A program made the translations under genes and the position numbers. DNA of 32,000 nt. Origin: Mycoplasmoides genitalium G37. GTDB lineage: Bacteria > Bacillota_I > Bacilli_A > Mycoplasmatales > Mycoplasmoidaceae. A model generated the notes under the pieces. That model did not search any database and was not told where the DNA came from. It saw only the letters and a list, made by a program, of their open reading frames with translations. Location: NCBI RefSeq assembly GCF_000027325.1, contig NC_000908.2, positions 270,001-302,000 of the forward strand. The letters run 5' to 3'. This document shows positions 1-10,674 of this stretch, piece after piece; the first letter of the stretch is position 1; each line of letters starts with the position of its first letter.

Positions 1-359
1 TTGCTAAACAGTTTAAGAACTTTGAAAAAGTTAGTTATTTTGACCACTCTATAGTAGGAGCTAAAAAAGTGTTATTGAAAGCTAACATTAACCAAAAGAT
101 AGTCAAGCTTAACTTCAAGCAGATCCAAGATATTATCTGAACTAAAATTGACAACTACCAACTTGAGATTAGGTTAGGGGTTGATTTTGTGACAACCATC
201 CCTAATATCCAAATTTTTATCCTCAGTGAACACAAAAATCCAGTTTCGCTTCCCATTGATAATAAATCAACTGAAAACAACCAAAATAAGTTGAAACTTT
301 TAGATGAGCTGAAAGAACTTGGCATGAAATATGTTAAGCACCAAAACCAAATCTACTAA
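1..359 (+). CDS. ftsZ: Cell division protein FtsZ, C-terminal part (5' truncated by window)
   Basis: Frame 3 open from the edge with one TGA read as Trp: ...VGAKKVLLKANINQKIVKLNFKQIQDIIWTKIDNYQLEIRLGVDFVTTIPNIQIFILSEHKNPV...QIY*, TAA at 357-359. Assigned by FtsZ C-domain resemblance and by gene order before the permease pair. Confidence 0.75.
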
Positions 360-404
360 TTAATTTAATTTATCGTTTAGAATTGCTATCTTAAGCAATA
401 GTTT

Positions 405-1874
405 ATGGGTCAAATCAATCGGAAGTTTAGCGAAAAGCAGTTCTTACTTTTTGTTGTTAACTATATTGCTGGATTTGGCTTTATTGCTACTGCTATCTCA
501 CTGTTTCGCTTAGGACCTTTTTCTTGGTTAATCTTTCTGCTTGTTAGCTTAGTTAGTTTAATTGTTACCTTATCATTCGCACGGCTTTCATCAATAGATA
601 GTCAAAACTATGGTGGGCCTTATCTTTGGGCTAAGAAAGCGGTTGATAAAGAGAAGATAGCAGGGAGAATGTTTAGCTTTTTTACGGGGTGAAATAACTT
701 TATCATTGGTCCTCTTTCAGCAGCAACTGCACCACTTTTTATCCTCAATTCCTTTAGTGGTATTGATGGGATTAGAGGTAACTTAGTTAACACTTGAATC
801 CTAATTGCAATAGGTTTTTCTTTTTATGTATTACTAGCATTTATCTCAACCAAAGGAACCTCACTAAACAAGAAACTAATAGCACTATTTGCTTCAGTAA
901 AGTGGATTGTGATCCTCTCAGCACTAATAGTAGCAATCTATGTTATTGCTAGAGATGGTAATGGTTATAGTCAAAACAATAACTTAGAAAGTGGTTTTTT
1001 TGGGAGAAGAGAGATTAGTTTTGCACAGATAGCAACGGTATTTATTACCTTCTTTTATTCTTATGCAGGGGTTGAAGATATCTCAGTGATGACTCCTGAT
1101 GTTAAAACTAATAACTTTAGAAAGATATTAATTGTCTCTTTTATAGCAGTTTTCCTCTTTTATTTCATTGGGATTATTATTCTAAATGGTTTGCAAAACA
1201 TTGCTCAAAGAGGTGGGGAAGCCAATTCAATTGGTAATGTAGCGGATATCTTTAAAAAAGCTGCTGGGCTTGGGACTTTAATCTTTTATGGAGTTGGAGC
1301 ATTGTTTAACAATGTCTCAACCAGACTTTCAACTATTATTGCCAACTCCAGAAAGATTCTTCCGCTTGCTTATGATAACTATTTACCTAGTTTCTTTTAC
1401 AAGCAAAACAAAAAAGGTGAGTTTCAGAATGCAATTTGGTTTACCTTTGGTACTACTTTAATTGCAATGACTTTGCTTGTCTTTATCCCTTTAGTTGCTT
1501 CTAACTTTGATTTTGATAATGCTACTGAGTATGCAGCATCTGTTGGCTCAGCTGCAACTTTGCTACAATATATTTTTGTTTTTTTTATAATCTTTAAGTT
1601 TATCTATAAAAAAGAACCACTCTACCAGAAAAAATGGGTTAAAACAACTGAAGAATTATTGTTTTGTTTAGGAACAATTGTCATTGTTTTAATGTTGTTG
1701 GTTTATCTGTTTCCTGTTATAGATGGATTTTCAAAATGGGAAACTAAACACACATTAACAATTGTGTTATATGGGGTTTTAAGCCTGATAGGATTGGTAC
1801 TTTTTTTGCTCCAAGAATACAAACATAAAAACAAGCAAAATGCAAACAAACAAACAACCCAAACAACAGTTTAG
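405..1874 (+). CDS. APC-type amino acid permease (MG225-like)
   Basis: ORFs 405..692 and 909..1874 are in the same frame, separated by in-frame TGA=Trp. About 12 hydrophobic segments; starts [23 protein letters not shown]; 489 aa. Confidence 0.9.
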
Positions 1875-3318
1875 TGAAAAGCAATTCATTGCTTTTGTCT
1901 TTAACTATATTGCTGGATTTGGCTTTATATCAGTGGTGATGACCATGTTTGATGTTGGGCCATTTTCCTATCTTGTTTTAGGGTTAACTTCGTTTGCTAT
2001 TTTAGGAGTTGTGCTTTCTTTTTCTCGCCTTTCAGTTCTCTGTGGTAATAGTGCTTATGGAGGGAGTTATTTAATTGCTAAAAAAGCAGTTGGTACTAAC
2101 AGTAAAACAAAAAGGTTTTTTGTTTTTTTAAGTGGGTGGAATGTATCGTTAACAGGATCTTTTAACGGTGTTGTTATTCCAGCAGTATTAATCTTTTCCT
2201 TTGCAGATATTCCAGTAGTTAAAGCGAATAATAACATCATTATTGGCCTTTTAGTAGGTGGGTTTTTGTTGTTTGGCTTACTTACTTTTATCTCGTTATT
2301 TGGTTTAAAAATTAACAAGAAAGCAATCTTTTATTTTGCTGTTATTAAGTGGATAGTAGTAATAGGTGGGTTTATCTTAGGGATCTATTTAATTGGTACT
2401 ACCAATGGTAAAGGTTTTGTTGAAAACAATTTAATTGGGACTAGGGAAAACATTGATTTTTTCAAGATTATCTTTATTAGTCTGGCTTTAACCATTGCTT
2501 TTGCAGGGACAGAGGATTTAGCTTCGATTACTCCTGATGTCAAGTCAAATAACTTAAGAAAGTGTTTTTTAATTGCCTTTGGGTGTGTTGTGTTACTTTA
2601 CCTAGTTGGGTTTGTTATTATCAGTGGACTTGATGGGATTAGAGGTTATGGATTAGCATTAGGTAATAAAGATCCCAAGGCAATTAATAACTATGGATCT
2701 ATCTACCGTTTGGTAGGAGGAGTTCCTTTACTTGTTATCTATGGACTTGGGTTACTTGTCAATTCCTTAGCATCACGCCTATCAATGACAATTACAACAG
2801 CTAGAAAATATGTAGCTTTAGCTCAAGATGGGTTTTTACCCTCTTTTTTAGCAAAAACTAATAAACATAATGAGTATCATCATGCAGTTTTAATTAGTAA
2901 TCTAATGACTTTATTAGTGATGCTAATTATGGTAATAATCCCCTTTTTACCAGACCATAACAACAATAACAATAGTTTGTTTAATGCTATTGAACAGTTG
3001 GTTACAGTTACCATTGAAATGGCTGCAGCCATTTCTTTGATCCAATACTTTATTACCTTTATCTTCTTTTTTATGATCTTTGCTAAAAAGGAAAACCAGA
3101 AGTTAATTCCCTTGTGAGAAAAGGTTAGTTATGTAATTAGCTTTGCTTTGGTAAGTGTGTTGTTGTTTGTACCACTTTTCCCTTTTAATCAGTGAACAGT
3201 GTTTAACACCTTTAAGATAGTTGTTCTAATTTGTTTTTATCTACTTGGTGTTGGTTTTTTTGGTTATGCTGAATGGAAAAATAAAAACAAATACCAATTA
3301 ATGAATAACAATAGCTAA
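1840..3318 (+). CDS. APC-type amino acid permease, tandem paralog of the preceding gene (MG226-like)
   Basis: ORF 1840..3117 continues through TGA=Trp into [54 protein letters not shown]..., TAA at 3316-3318. Strong similarity to MG225-like protein ([31 protein letters not shown]). Confidence 0.85.
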
Positions 3319-3340
3319 TCTACAGTTCATTAAGCGAAAT

Positions 3341-3720
3341 TGCTTTTGAATCGGCAACAACAAACCCTTCTCCAACTCCCCCTCCCCTTCAACTTCCGCT
3401 TCCTCTTCTACCCCCCTCCCCACTTTTTCTAACATCAATGTTGGGGTTAAATCAATGATCACTCAACATTTAAATAAAGAAAACACCCGGTGGGTGTTTA
3501 TACCTAACTTTTCACCTGACATCTGAACAGGAGCAGGGTATCGCAAACAAGGTAACAATAATGGCATCTCCTTGACCAGGTGAAACCTAGTAGTAGTAGC
3601 AACACGTTTAATCCCAATTCTTCTGATAATAAAGTCACTCAAGGTGGTGGCTCCCCAGCCAAAAAAACAACCACCTATCCTGCTTTACCAAACTCCATCA
3701 GTCCCACCAGTGACTGTTAA
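3341..3720 (+). pseudogene. Degenerate MgPa/P110 adhesin-like repeat fragment (MgPar-type)
   Basis: Frame 2 encodes NINVGVKSMITQHLNKENTRWVFIPNFSPDIWTGAGYRKQGNNNGIS; a frame change near 3575 is followed in frame 1 by DQVKPSSSSNTFNPNSSDNKVTQGGGSPAKKTTTYPALPNSISPTSDC*. I recognise this as resembling P110 (MG192). C/T-rich composition differs from flanks. Left edge uncertain. Confidence 0.72.
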
Positions 3721-3755
3721 AATGTTTATTAAAAAAACAAAATAAAAAGCGGTTT

Positions 3756-3770
3756 TATACAATGTATAAC
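3756..3770 (+). promoter_or_regulatory. Candidate -10 region upstream of thyA
   Basis: TATACAAT / TGTATAAC 20-35 nt upstream of the thyA ATG, after the repeat fragment. No convincing -35. Confidence 0.3.
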
Positions 3771-3789
3771 CTGTCTAAAAGACAATTTC

Positions 3790-4653
3790 ATGAAACAGTA
3801 TTTAGATTTAGCTAGTTATGTTTTAGCAAATGGTAAAAAAAGAAAAAACCGTACAGATACAGATACTTTAAGTGTCTTTGGTTACCAGATGAAATTTGAC
3901 CTTACTAATAGTTTTCCTTTATTGACAACTAAAAAGGTTAATTGGAAGGCAATTGTCCATGAATTGTTGTGATTTATTAAGGGTGATACCAACATTAAGT
4001 ACTTAGTTGATAATGGGGTGAACATCTGAAATGAATGACCATATGAAAACTTTAAAAAATCACCAAGTTTTCAAAACGAAACACTCCAAGAATTTATCTT
4101 AAAGGTTAAAACTGATAATGAGTTTGCTAAACAATTTGCTGATTTGGGTCCTGTTTATGGCAAGCAATGACGTAATTTTAATGGTGTTGATCAACTCAAA
4201 AAAGTCATCCAAGAGATTAAAGAAAATCCCAACTCAAGAAGGCTAATTGTCTCAAGCTGAAACCCTAGTGAATTGGAAAAAATGGCATTGGCTCCTTGTC
4301 ATTCACTCTTTCAGTTCTATGTTGAAGAAGATAAACTAAGCTTACAGCTTTACCAGCGCAGCGGTGATATCTTTCTTGGTGTCCCATTTAACATTGCATC
4401 TTACGCCTTACTTGTGTATTTAGTTGCTCATGAAACTAAGTTAAAACCTGGTTATTTTATCCATACACTAGGAGATGCACATATCTATGAAAACCACATT
4501 GAACAAATTAAATTACAACTAACAAGAACAACCCTAGACCCCCCTCAAGTGGTTTTGAAAAGTGATAAATCAATCTTTGCTTATAGTTTTGATGATATTG
4601 AGTTAGTTGGTTATAATTACCATCCATTTATCTATGGGAGGGTTGCAGTTTAA
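3790..4653 (+). CDS. thyA: Thymidylate synthase
   Basis: 287 aa when TGA=Trp; ORFs 3790..3972 and 4273..4653 in frame; motifs [58 protein letters not shown]. Confidence 0.98.
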
Positions 4654-5135
4654 TGCTAATTGCTATCTGAGCGATGACACAAGAAGGACTAATAGGTAAT
4701 AACAACACTTTACCTTGGATGATTAAACAAGAGCTAGCTCACTTTAAAAAAACTACGTTATTTCAAGCTTTGTTAATGGGGAGAAAAACTTACGAATCAC
4801 TCCCCAAGGTATTTGAAAAAAGAACAATATTTCTCCTTTCAAAAGATCAAAACTACCGTTTTGAAGAAAAGGGAAGTGAAGTGAAAGTTATTAATGATTT
4901 TTGACCACTAATTAAAAGTTACCAAGCAAATAAAGAAAAGGATTTGTTTATTTGTGGTGGAAAAAGTGTGTATGAACAGACCATTAATGAATGTGATCAG
5001 TTAATTGTTTCAATCATTAAAAAGAAGTATAAGGGTGATCAGTTTTTGAAGGTTGATCTCAGTAAATTTGTACTTAATGAAGTTGTAGAGTTTGAGGAAT
5101 TTAATGTTAATTATTATAGAAAGAAACAACAATAA
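4653..5135 (+). CDS. dfrA: Dihydrofolate reductase
   Basis: ATG in TAATG overlapping the thyA stop; MLIAIWAMTQEGLIGNNNTLPWMIKQELAHFKKTTLFQALLMGRKTYESLP...IFICGGKSVYEQ; 160 aa with two TGA=Trp. Confidence 0.96.
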
Positions 5136-5140
5136 GAGAT

Positions 5141-6163
5141 ATGGCAGCTAACAATAAAAAGTACTTTTTAGAATCATTTTCCCCACTTGGGTATGTAAAG
5201 AATAATTTTCAGGGCAACTTACGTTCTGTAAACTGGAATTTGGTTGATGATGAGAAGGATTTGGAAGTGTGAAACAGGATTGTTCAGAACTTTTGGTTAC
5301 CTGAAAAGATCCCTGTATCCAATGACATCCCCTCATGAAAGAAACTCTCAAAGGATTGACAGGATCTGATCACTAAGACCTTTACTGGTTTAACACTACT
5401 TGATACTATCCAAGCTACCATTGGTGACATCTGTCAAATTGATCATGCTCTAACTGATCATGAGCAGGTTATTTATGCAAACTTTGCTTTTATGGTAGGG
5501 GTACATGCCCGTTCCTATGGAACGATCTTCTCAACTTTATGTACATCAGAACAGATTAACGCTGCTCATGAGTGGGTTGTAAACACTGAAAGTCTCCAGA
5601 AAAGAGCAAAGGCATTAATCCCTTACTATACGGGCAATGACCCGTTAAAATCAAAGGTAGCAGCAGCTTTAATGCCTGGGTTTTTACTGTATGGTGGGTT
5701 TTATTTGCCTTTTTACTTGTCATCAAGAAAACAACTACCAAATACATCTGATATTATCCGCTTAATCCTTCGTGATAAAGTGATCCATAACTATTACAGT
5801 GGTTATAAATACCAACGTAAACTAGAAAAACTCCCTTTAGCAAAACAAAAGGAGATGAAAGCATTTGTTTTTGAACTAATGTATCGGTTAATTGAACTTG
5901 AAAAGGACTATTTAAAAGAGCTTTATGAAGGGTTTGGAATTGTTGATGATGCCATTAAGTTCAGTGTTTACAATGCTGGTAAGTTTTTACAGAACTTAGG
6001 TTATGACTCCCCGTTTACTGCAGCAGAAACCAGGATTAAACCAGAGATTTTTGCCCAACTATCAGCACGTGCTGATGAAAACCATGACTTTTTCTCAGGA
6101 AACGGTTCGTCGTATGTGATGGGAGTTAGTGAAGAGACAAATGATGATGATTGGAACTTTTAA
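5141..6163 (+). CDS. nrdF: Ribonucleoside-diphosphate reductase beta subunit NrdF (class Ie-like variant)
   Basis: 340 aa; LTLLDTIQ, FAFMVGVHARSYGTIFSTL, LMPGFLLYGGFYLPFYL, LILRDKVIHNYYSGYKY; frame links to ORF 5492..6163 through TGA=Trp. Confidence 0.97.
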
Positions 6164-6166
6164 GTT

Positions 6167-6628
6167 ATGCATAAAGATATCAAACTAGTTAAGGAAACTG
6201 AAATTAGAAAACCAATTGGTTCTCCTTTTATTGTCTATTTTTCATCTATCTCCAACAACACCCACCGTTTTATTGAAAAACTGGGTTTTCAACACAAAAG
6301 AATCCCAGTTGATATAACCCAAAGCATTACTGTAAGTAATGAGTATGTTTTAATCTGTCCAACTTATAGTGGTGGGGGTAACCAGGTTGAAGGAGCGGTA
6401 CCCAAGCAAGTTATCCAGTTTTTAAATAACAAGCATAACAGGGAGTTATGCAGAGGAGTTATTGCATCTGGTAACACTAATTTTGGAGATACTTTTTGTC
6501 TTGCAGGAACTGTTATTTCCAAAAAACTAAACGTCCCTTTGTTGTATCAGTTTGAACTTTTGGGAACAAAAAATGATGTAGAACAAACCCAAAAAATAAT
6601 TGCCAATTTCTTTCAAAACAGCAACTAG
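6167..6628 (+). CDS. nrdI: Flavodoxin-like RNR activator NrdI
   Basis: 153 aa; IVYFSSISNNTHRFIEKLG, CPTYSGGG, GVIASGNTNFGDTFCLAG; located between nrdF and nrdE. Confidence 0.96.
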   Translation: MHKDIKLVKETEIRKPIGSPFIVYFSSISNNTHRFIEKLGFQHKRIPVDITQSITVSNEYVLICPTYSGGGNQVEGAVPKQVIQFLNNKHNRELCRGVIASGNTNFGDTFCLAGTVISKKLNVPLLYQFELLGTKNDVEQTQKIIANFFQNSN

Positions 6629-6646
6629 TATTTATAGTTATCCACT

Positions 6647-8812
6647 ATGACATCCAAAGAAAAAATCCCTACTTTTAATACTGAAGAAGATGTTGAAAGT
6701 TACATTTCTTTTAATGCCCAAGCCAAAATCTATGATGATTTTGCAATCGATTTACAAGCAGTTGAAAGCTATATTCAAGAGCATGTAAAACCCAAAACTA
6801 AGGTCTTTCATTCCACCAAAGAACGCCTTGATTTTCTGATTAAGAACGATTATTATGATGAGAAGATCATCAACATGTACAGTTTTGAACAGTTTGAAGA
6901 GATCACCCATAAAGCATATTCATACCGCTTTCGTTATGCTAACTTCATGGGAGCATTTAAGTTCTATAATGCCTATGCTTTAAAGACATTTGATGGTAAG
7001 TACTACTTGGAAAACTATGAGGATAGGGTGGTGATGAATGTATTGATGTTAGCTAATGGTAACTTCAATAAGGCATTAAAACTCTTAAAACAGATTATCC
7101 TTAACCGTTTTCAACCAGCAACCCCTACCTTTCTTAATGCTGGTAGAAAGAAACGTGGTGAATTTGTTTCATGTTACCTGTTAAGGATTGAAGATAACAT
7201 GGAATCAATAGGTAGAGCGATAACAACTACACTACAACTATCAAAACGTGATGGGGGAGTAGCACTTTTGCTTTCCAACTTACGTGAAGCGGGAGCGCCC
7301 ATCAAAAAGATAGAAAACCAATCATCAGGGATTATCCCAATTATGAAATTGTTAGAGGACTCTTTTTCCTATTCCAACCAACTTGGACAAAGACAAGGAG
7401 CGGGAGCGGTGTATCTCCATTGTCACCATCCTGATGTTATGCAGTTTTTAGATACTAAAAGGGAAAATGCTGATGAGAAGATCAGAATTAAATCACTCTC
7501 CTTAGGACTTGTGATTCCAGATATCACCTTCCAATTAGCAAAAAATAACGAGATGATGGCACTTTTCAGTCCATATGATATCTATCAGGAGTATGGTAAG
7601 GCTTTATCTGATATCTCAGTAACTGAGATGTATTATGAATTGCTTGAAAACCAACGCATTAAAAAGACCTTTATTAGTGCTAGAAAGTTCTTTCAAACAA
7701 TTGCTGAACTCCACTTTGAAAGTGGTTATCCCTACATCTTGTTTGATGATACAGTTAACAGGAGAAATGCCCACAAAAACAGGATAGTAATGTCTAACCT
7801 TTGCAGTGAAATTGTCCAACCATCTTTACCTTCTGAATTCTATTCAGACCTTACTTTTAAAAAGGTAGGTAGTGATATTAGCTGTAACTTGGGGAGTTTA
7901 AATATTGCTAGAGCAATGGAAAGTGGTAGTGAGTTAGCTGAATTGATTCAACTAGCAATTGAATCACTGGATTTAGTGTCAAGGATCAGTAGTTTAGAAA
8001 CCGCTCCTTCCATTAAAAAAGGTAATTCAGAAAACCATGCGTTGGGATTAGGAGCGATGAACTTACATGGATTTTTAGCAACAAATGCTATCTATTATGA
8101 TTCAAAGGAAGCGGTTGATTTTACTAACATCTTTTTTTATACAGTAGCATACCATGCGTTTAGTGCTTCCAATAAATTAGCATTGGAACTAGGTAAATTT
8201 AAAGACTTTGAAAATACTAAATTTGCTGATGGTAGTTACTTTGATAAGTACACTAAGGTAGCTAGTGACTTTTGAACATGTAAAACAGAAAAAGTTCAAG
8301 CCCTTTTTGATAAATACCAAGTAAAAATTCCAACTCAGGAAAATTGGAAGCAATTGGTAGCAAGTATCCAAAAAGATGGACTTGCAAACTCCCATTTAAT
8401 GGCTATTGCCCCAACTGGATCTATCTCATATCTCTCTTCATGTACCCCTTCACTTCAACCAGTAGTATCTCCTGTTGAAGTGAGAAAAGAAGGGAAGTTA
8501 GGACGGATTTATGTCCCTGCTTATAAGCTTGATAATGATAACTATCAGTACTTTAAAGATGGTGCTTATGAACTGGGCTTTGAACCTATTATTAACATAG
8601 TAGCAGCAGCCCAACAACATGTTGATCAAGCAATCTCTTTAACCTTGTTTATGACTGATAAAGCTACCACCAGAGATCTCAATAAAGCTTATATTTATGC
8701 TTTTAAAAAGGGTTGTAGTTCTATCTATTATGTCAGAGTAAGACAAGATGTTTTAAAAGATAGTGAAGATCACACTATTAAAATCAAGGATTGTGAGGTT
8801 TGTTCTATCTAA
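6647..8812 (+). CDS. nrdE: Ribonucleoside-diphosphate reductase alpha subunit NrdE
   Basis: 721 aa with TGA=Trp at 8273-8275 joining ORFs 6647..8275 and 8354..8812; [51 protein letters not shown]. Confidence 0.98.
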
Positions 8813-8844
8813 CTATTAAAGCAGTTAGAATTTGTTAGAATTAC

Positions 8845-8880
8845 TTGTTTTAAAACTATCTTAATCCCTAATATATAAAT
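8845..8880 (+). promoter_or_regulatory. Candidate sigma-70-type promoter for the rplU cluster
   Basis: TTGTTT (8845-8850) followed after 18 nt by TAATAT/TATAAAT, in the only sizeable gap (8813-8904) between nrdE and rplU. Confidence 0.4.
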
Positions 8881-8904
8881 TAGAAAGGCAACGGTTTTGA
8901 GAAG

Positions 8905-9207
8905 ATGCATGCTATTGTGGTTTGTGGTGCTAAGCAGTATTTAGTCCATGAAAACGAGTCTATTTTTGTTGAAAAATTAGCTGGTAAAGTTGGTCAGGAG
9001 ATCCAACTTGATAAGGTATTGATGCTTGATGAAAAGATAGGCAAACCTTACCTTGAAAAAGCTAAGGTTGTTTGTGTGATTGAAAAACACGGTTTAAAAT
9101 CGAAAATTAAACTAATTAAACACATCTCCCAAAAACACCACCTCAAGCGTTATGGCCACCGTCAACCCTACACCAAACTAAAAGTGGTACGCTTTATCCA
9201 TGATTAA
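8905..9207 (+). CDS. rplU: 50S ribosomal protein L21
   Basis: 100 aa; MHAIVVCGAKQYLVHENESIFVEKL...KIKLIKHISQKHHLKRYGHRQPYTKLKV. Confidence 0.97.
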   Translation: MHAIVVCGAKQYLVHENESIFVEKLAGKVGQEIQLDKVLMLDEKIGKPYLEKAKVVCVIEKHGLKSKIKLIKHISQKHHLKRYGHRQPYTKLKVVRFIHD

Positions 9208-9499
9208 GATTAATATCTCCCAAAACTTTCTAGTTGCAAAAGGTCATGCTTTGTTTGCTGAGAAGGGTAAGGACATAGTTTGTGCTGCAATTAGTGGAAT
9301 TATCTTTGGGGGGGTGGCTTGGTTTGAACCTGATAAGATTGAATTTACTGAAAATAAATTAGTACCTAGTATAGCACTGAAACTCATTGACCCAACCCCT
9401 AATGTAGCAGTTGCTTTTAGTGTTATTACAGTACAATTAAAAGCAATAGCCAATTCCTATCCTAATCACATAGTTATCAATGAAGAGAGTTATGAGTAA
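9200..9499 (+). CDS. prp: Ribosomal-processing cysteine protease Prp (L27 N-terminal protease)
   Basis: 99 aa between rplU and rpmA; Prp-type His/Cys motif [23 protein letters not shown]. Confidence 0.88.
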
Positions 9500-9806
9500 A
9501 AACAGTTACTGCTACCAAATTAACTTACAGTTTTTCGCTTCCAAAAAAGGGGTTGGTTCCACTAAGAATGGACGTGATTCACATTCTAAGCGCTTGGGCG
9601 CTAAGAAGGCAGATGGTCAGATGATTAGAGTTGGTCAGATTATCTATAGACAAAGGGGAACTAAGATCTTTGCAGGACAAAATGTTGCAATGGGTAGTGA
9701 TAACACCCTCTTTGCTTTGAGCGATGGCATTGTCCGCTTTCAAAAGTTTGGTAGTAAACAAAGCAAAACCCGGGTTAACATCATCAAACACCAACTAAAT
9801 GCCTAA
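9492..9806 (+). CDS. rpmA: 50S ribosomal protein L27, with cleavable N-terminal extension
   Basis: 104 aa from ATG 9492; [46 protein letters not shown] track starts upstream at 9480; 9492 is preferred. Confidence 0.96.
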
Positions 9807-10674
9807 GCTACTGGGTAGCTTTATTAGCTTTAAAGCCCCCAATTACTTTGTTCAAAGTGCTCAGGATGCAATTGCTATTGATGCAACTGCTCTAATGGTA
9901 TTTTTAGGTCCACCCCATTCTGCTTACCGTGTTCCTTTTAACAAGATGCAGTTTAGTTTGGGCTATGAGTTGTTAAAAACAAAGAATATTAATAGTAATG
10001 GTTTGGTTGTTCATGCTCCATATATCATTAACTGTGCATCAAAAGACCCACTAAAACAGCAGAATGCTATCAGTGTTTTAACCAATGAGATTCAGCTTTG
10101 TAACTTGGCTGGTGCTCACTATTTAGTTTTGCATCCAGGTTCTGCAGTAGCCCAAACAACCAACGAAGCATTAGATAACCTGGTTAAAGTACTCAATCAA
10201 GTTATCAATAAAACCAAAACAACAGTTATTTGCCTTGAAACAATGGCTGGTAAGGGTAATGAGATAGGCAGAGACTTAACTGAGTTGAAATATGTTATTG
10301 ACAGGATCGTTGATAAAGATAGGATCGGGGTTTGTCTTGATACCTGTCACTTCCATGATAGTGGGATTGACTTTAGTGATCTAACTGGTGTTTTTAACAC
10401 CATTACAACTAAACTTGGTTTTGAGTTTCTCAAAGTAATCCATTTAAATGAATCTAAAAATAATTGTGGTTCTAAAAAAGATAGGCATGCTAATATCAAT
10501 GCTGGGATGATTGGTTTTGAGAACTTAATGAAGTTCATTAGTCACCCCCAAATTAAGGATTTACCTATTATCTTAGAAACCCCTTCAACTAGTTTAAACT
10601 ACCCAACTATTTACCGTGAAGAGATTAGTCAAATCCGCAGCTGATTTAAAACTTACCAACCAGATGCTAACTAG
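9799..10674 (+). CDS. nfo: Endonuclease IV (AP endonuclease)
   Basis: 291 aa reading through TGA=Trp at 10642-10644; [51 protein letters not shown]. Confidence 0.95.

Noticed and set aside
2067-2318. Minus-strand ORFs within permease, nrdF, nrdE and nfo genes (e.g. 2067..2318, 5556..5747, 7616..7819, 10347..10538)
   Set aside because: Short, low-complexity, entirely inside well-supported genes.
3112-3130. Possible frameshift at the 3' end of the second permease (an A-run where one base would create TAG)
   Set aside because: Line coordinates downstream place the hydrophobic tail ([17 protein letters not shown]...) in the same frame as the ORF start, and it matches the paralog's C-terminus, so I read one intact CDS to 3318. 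My reading of this A-run is uncertain by one base and should be machine-checked.
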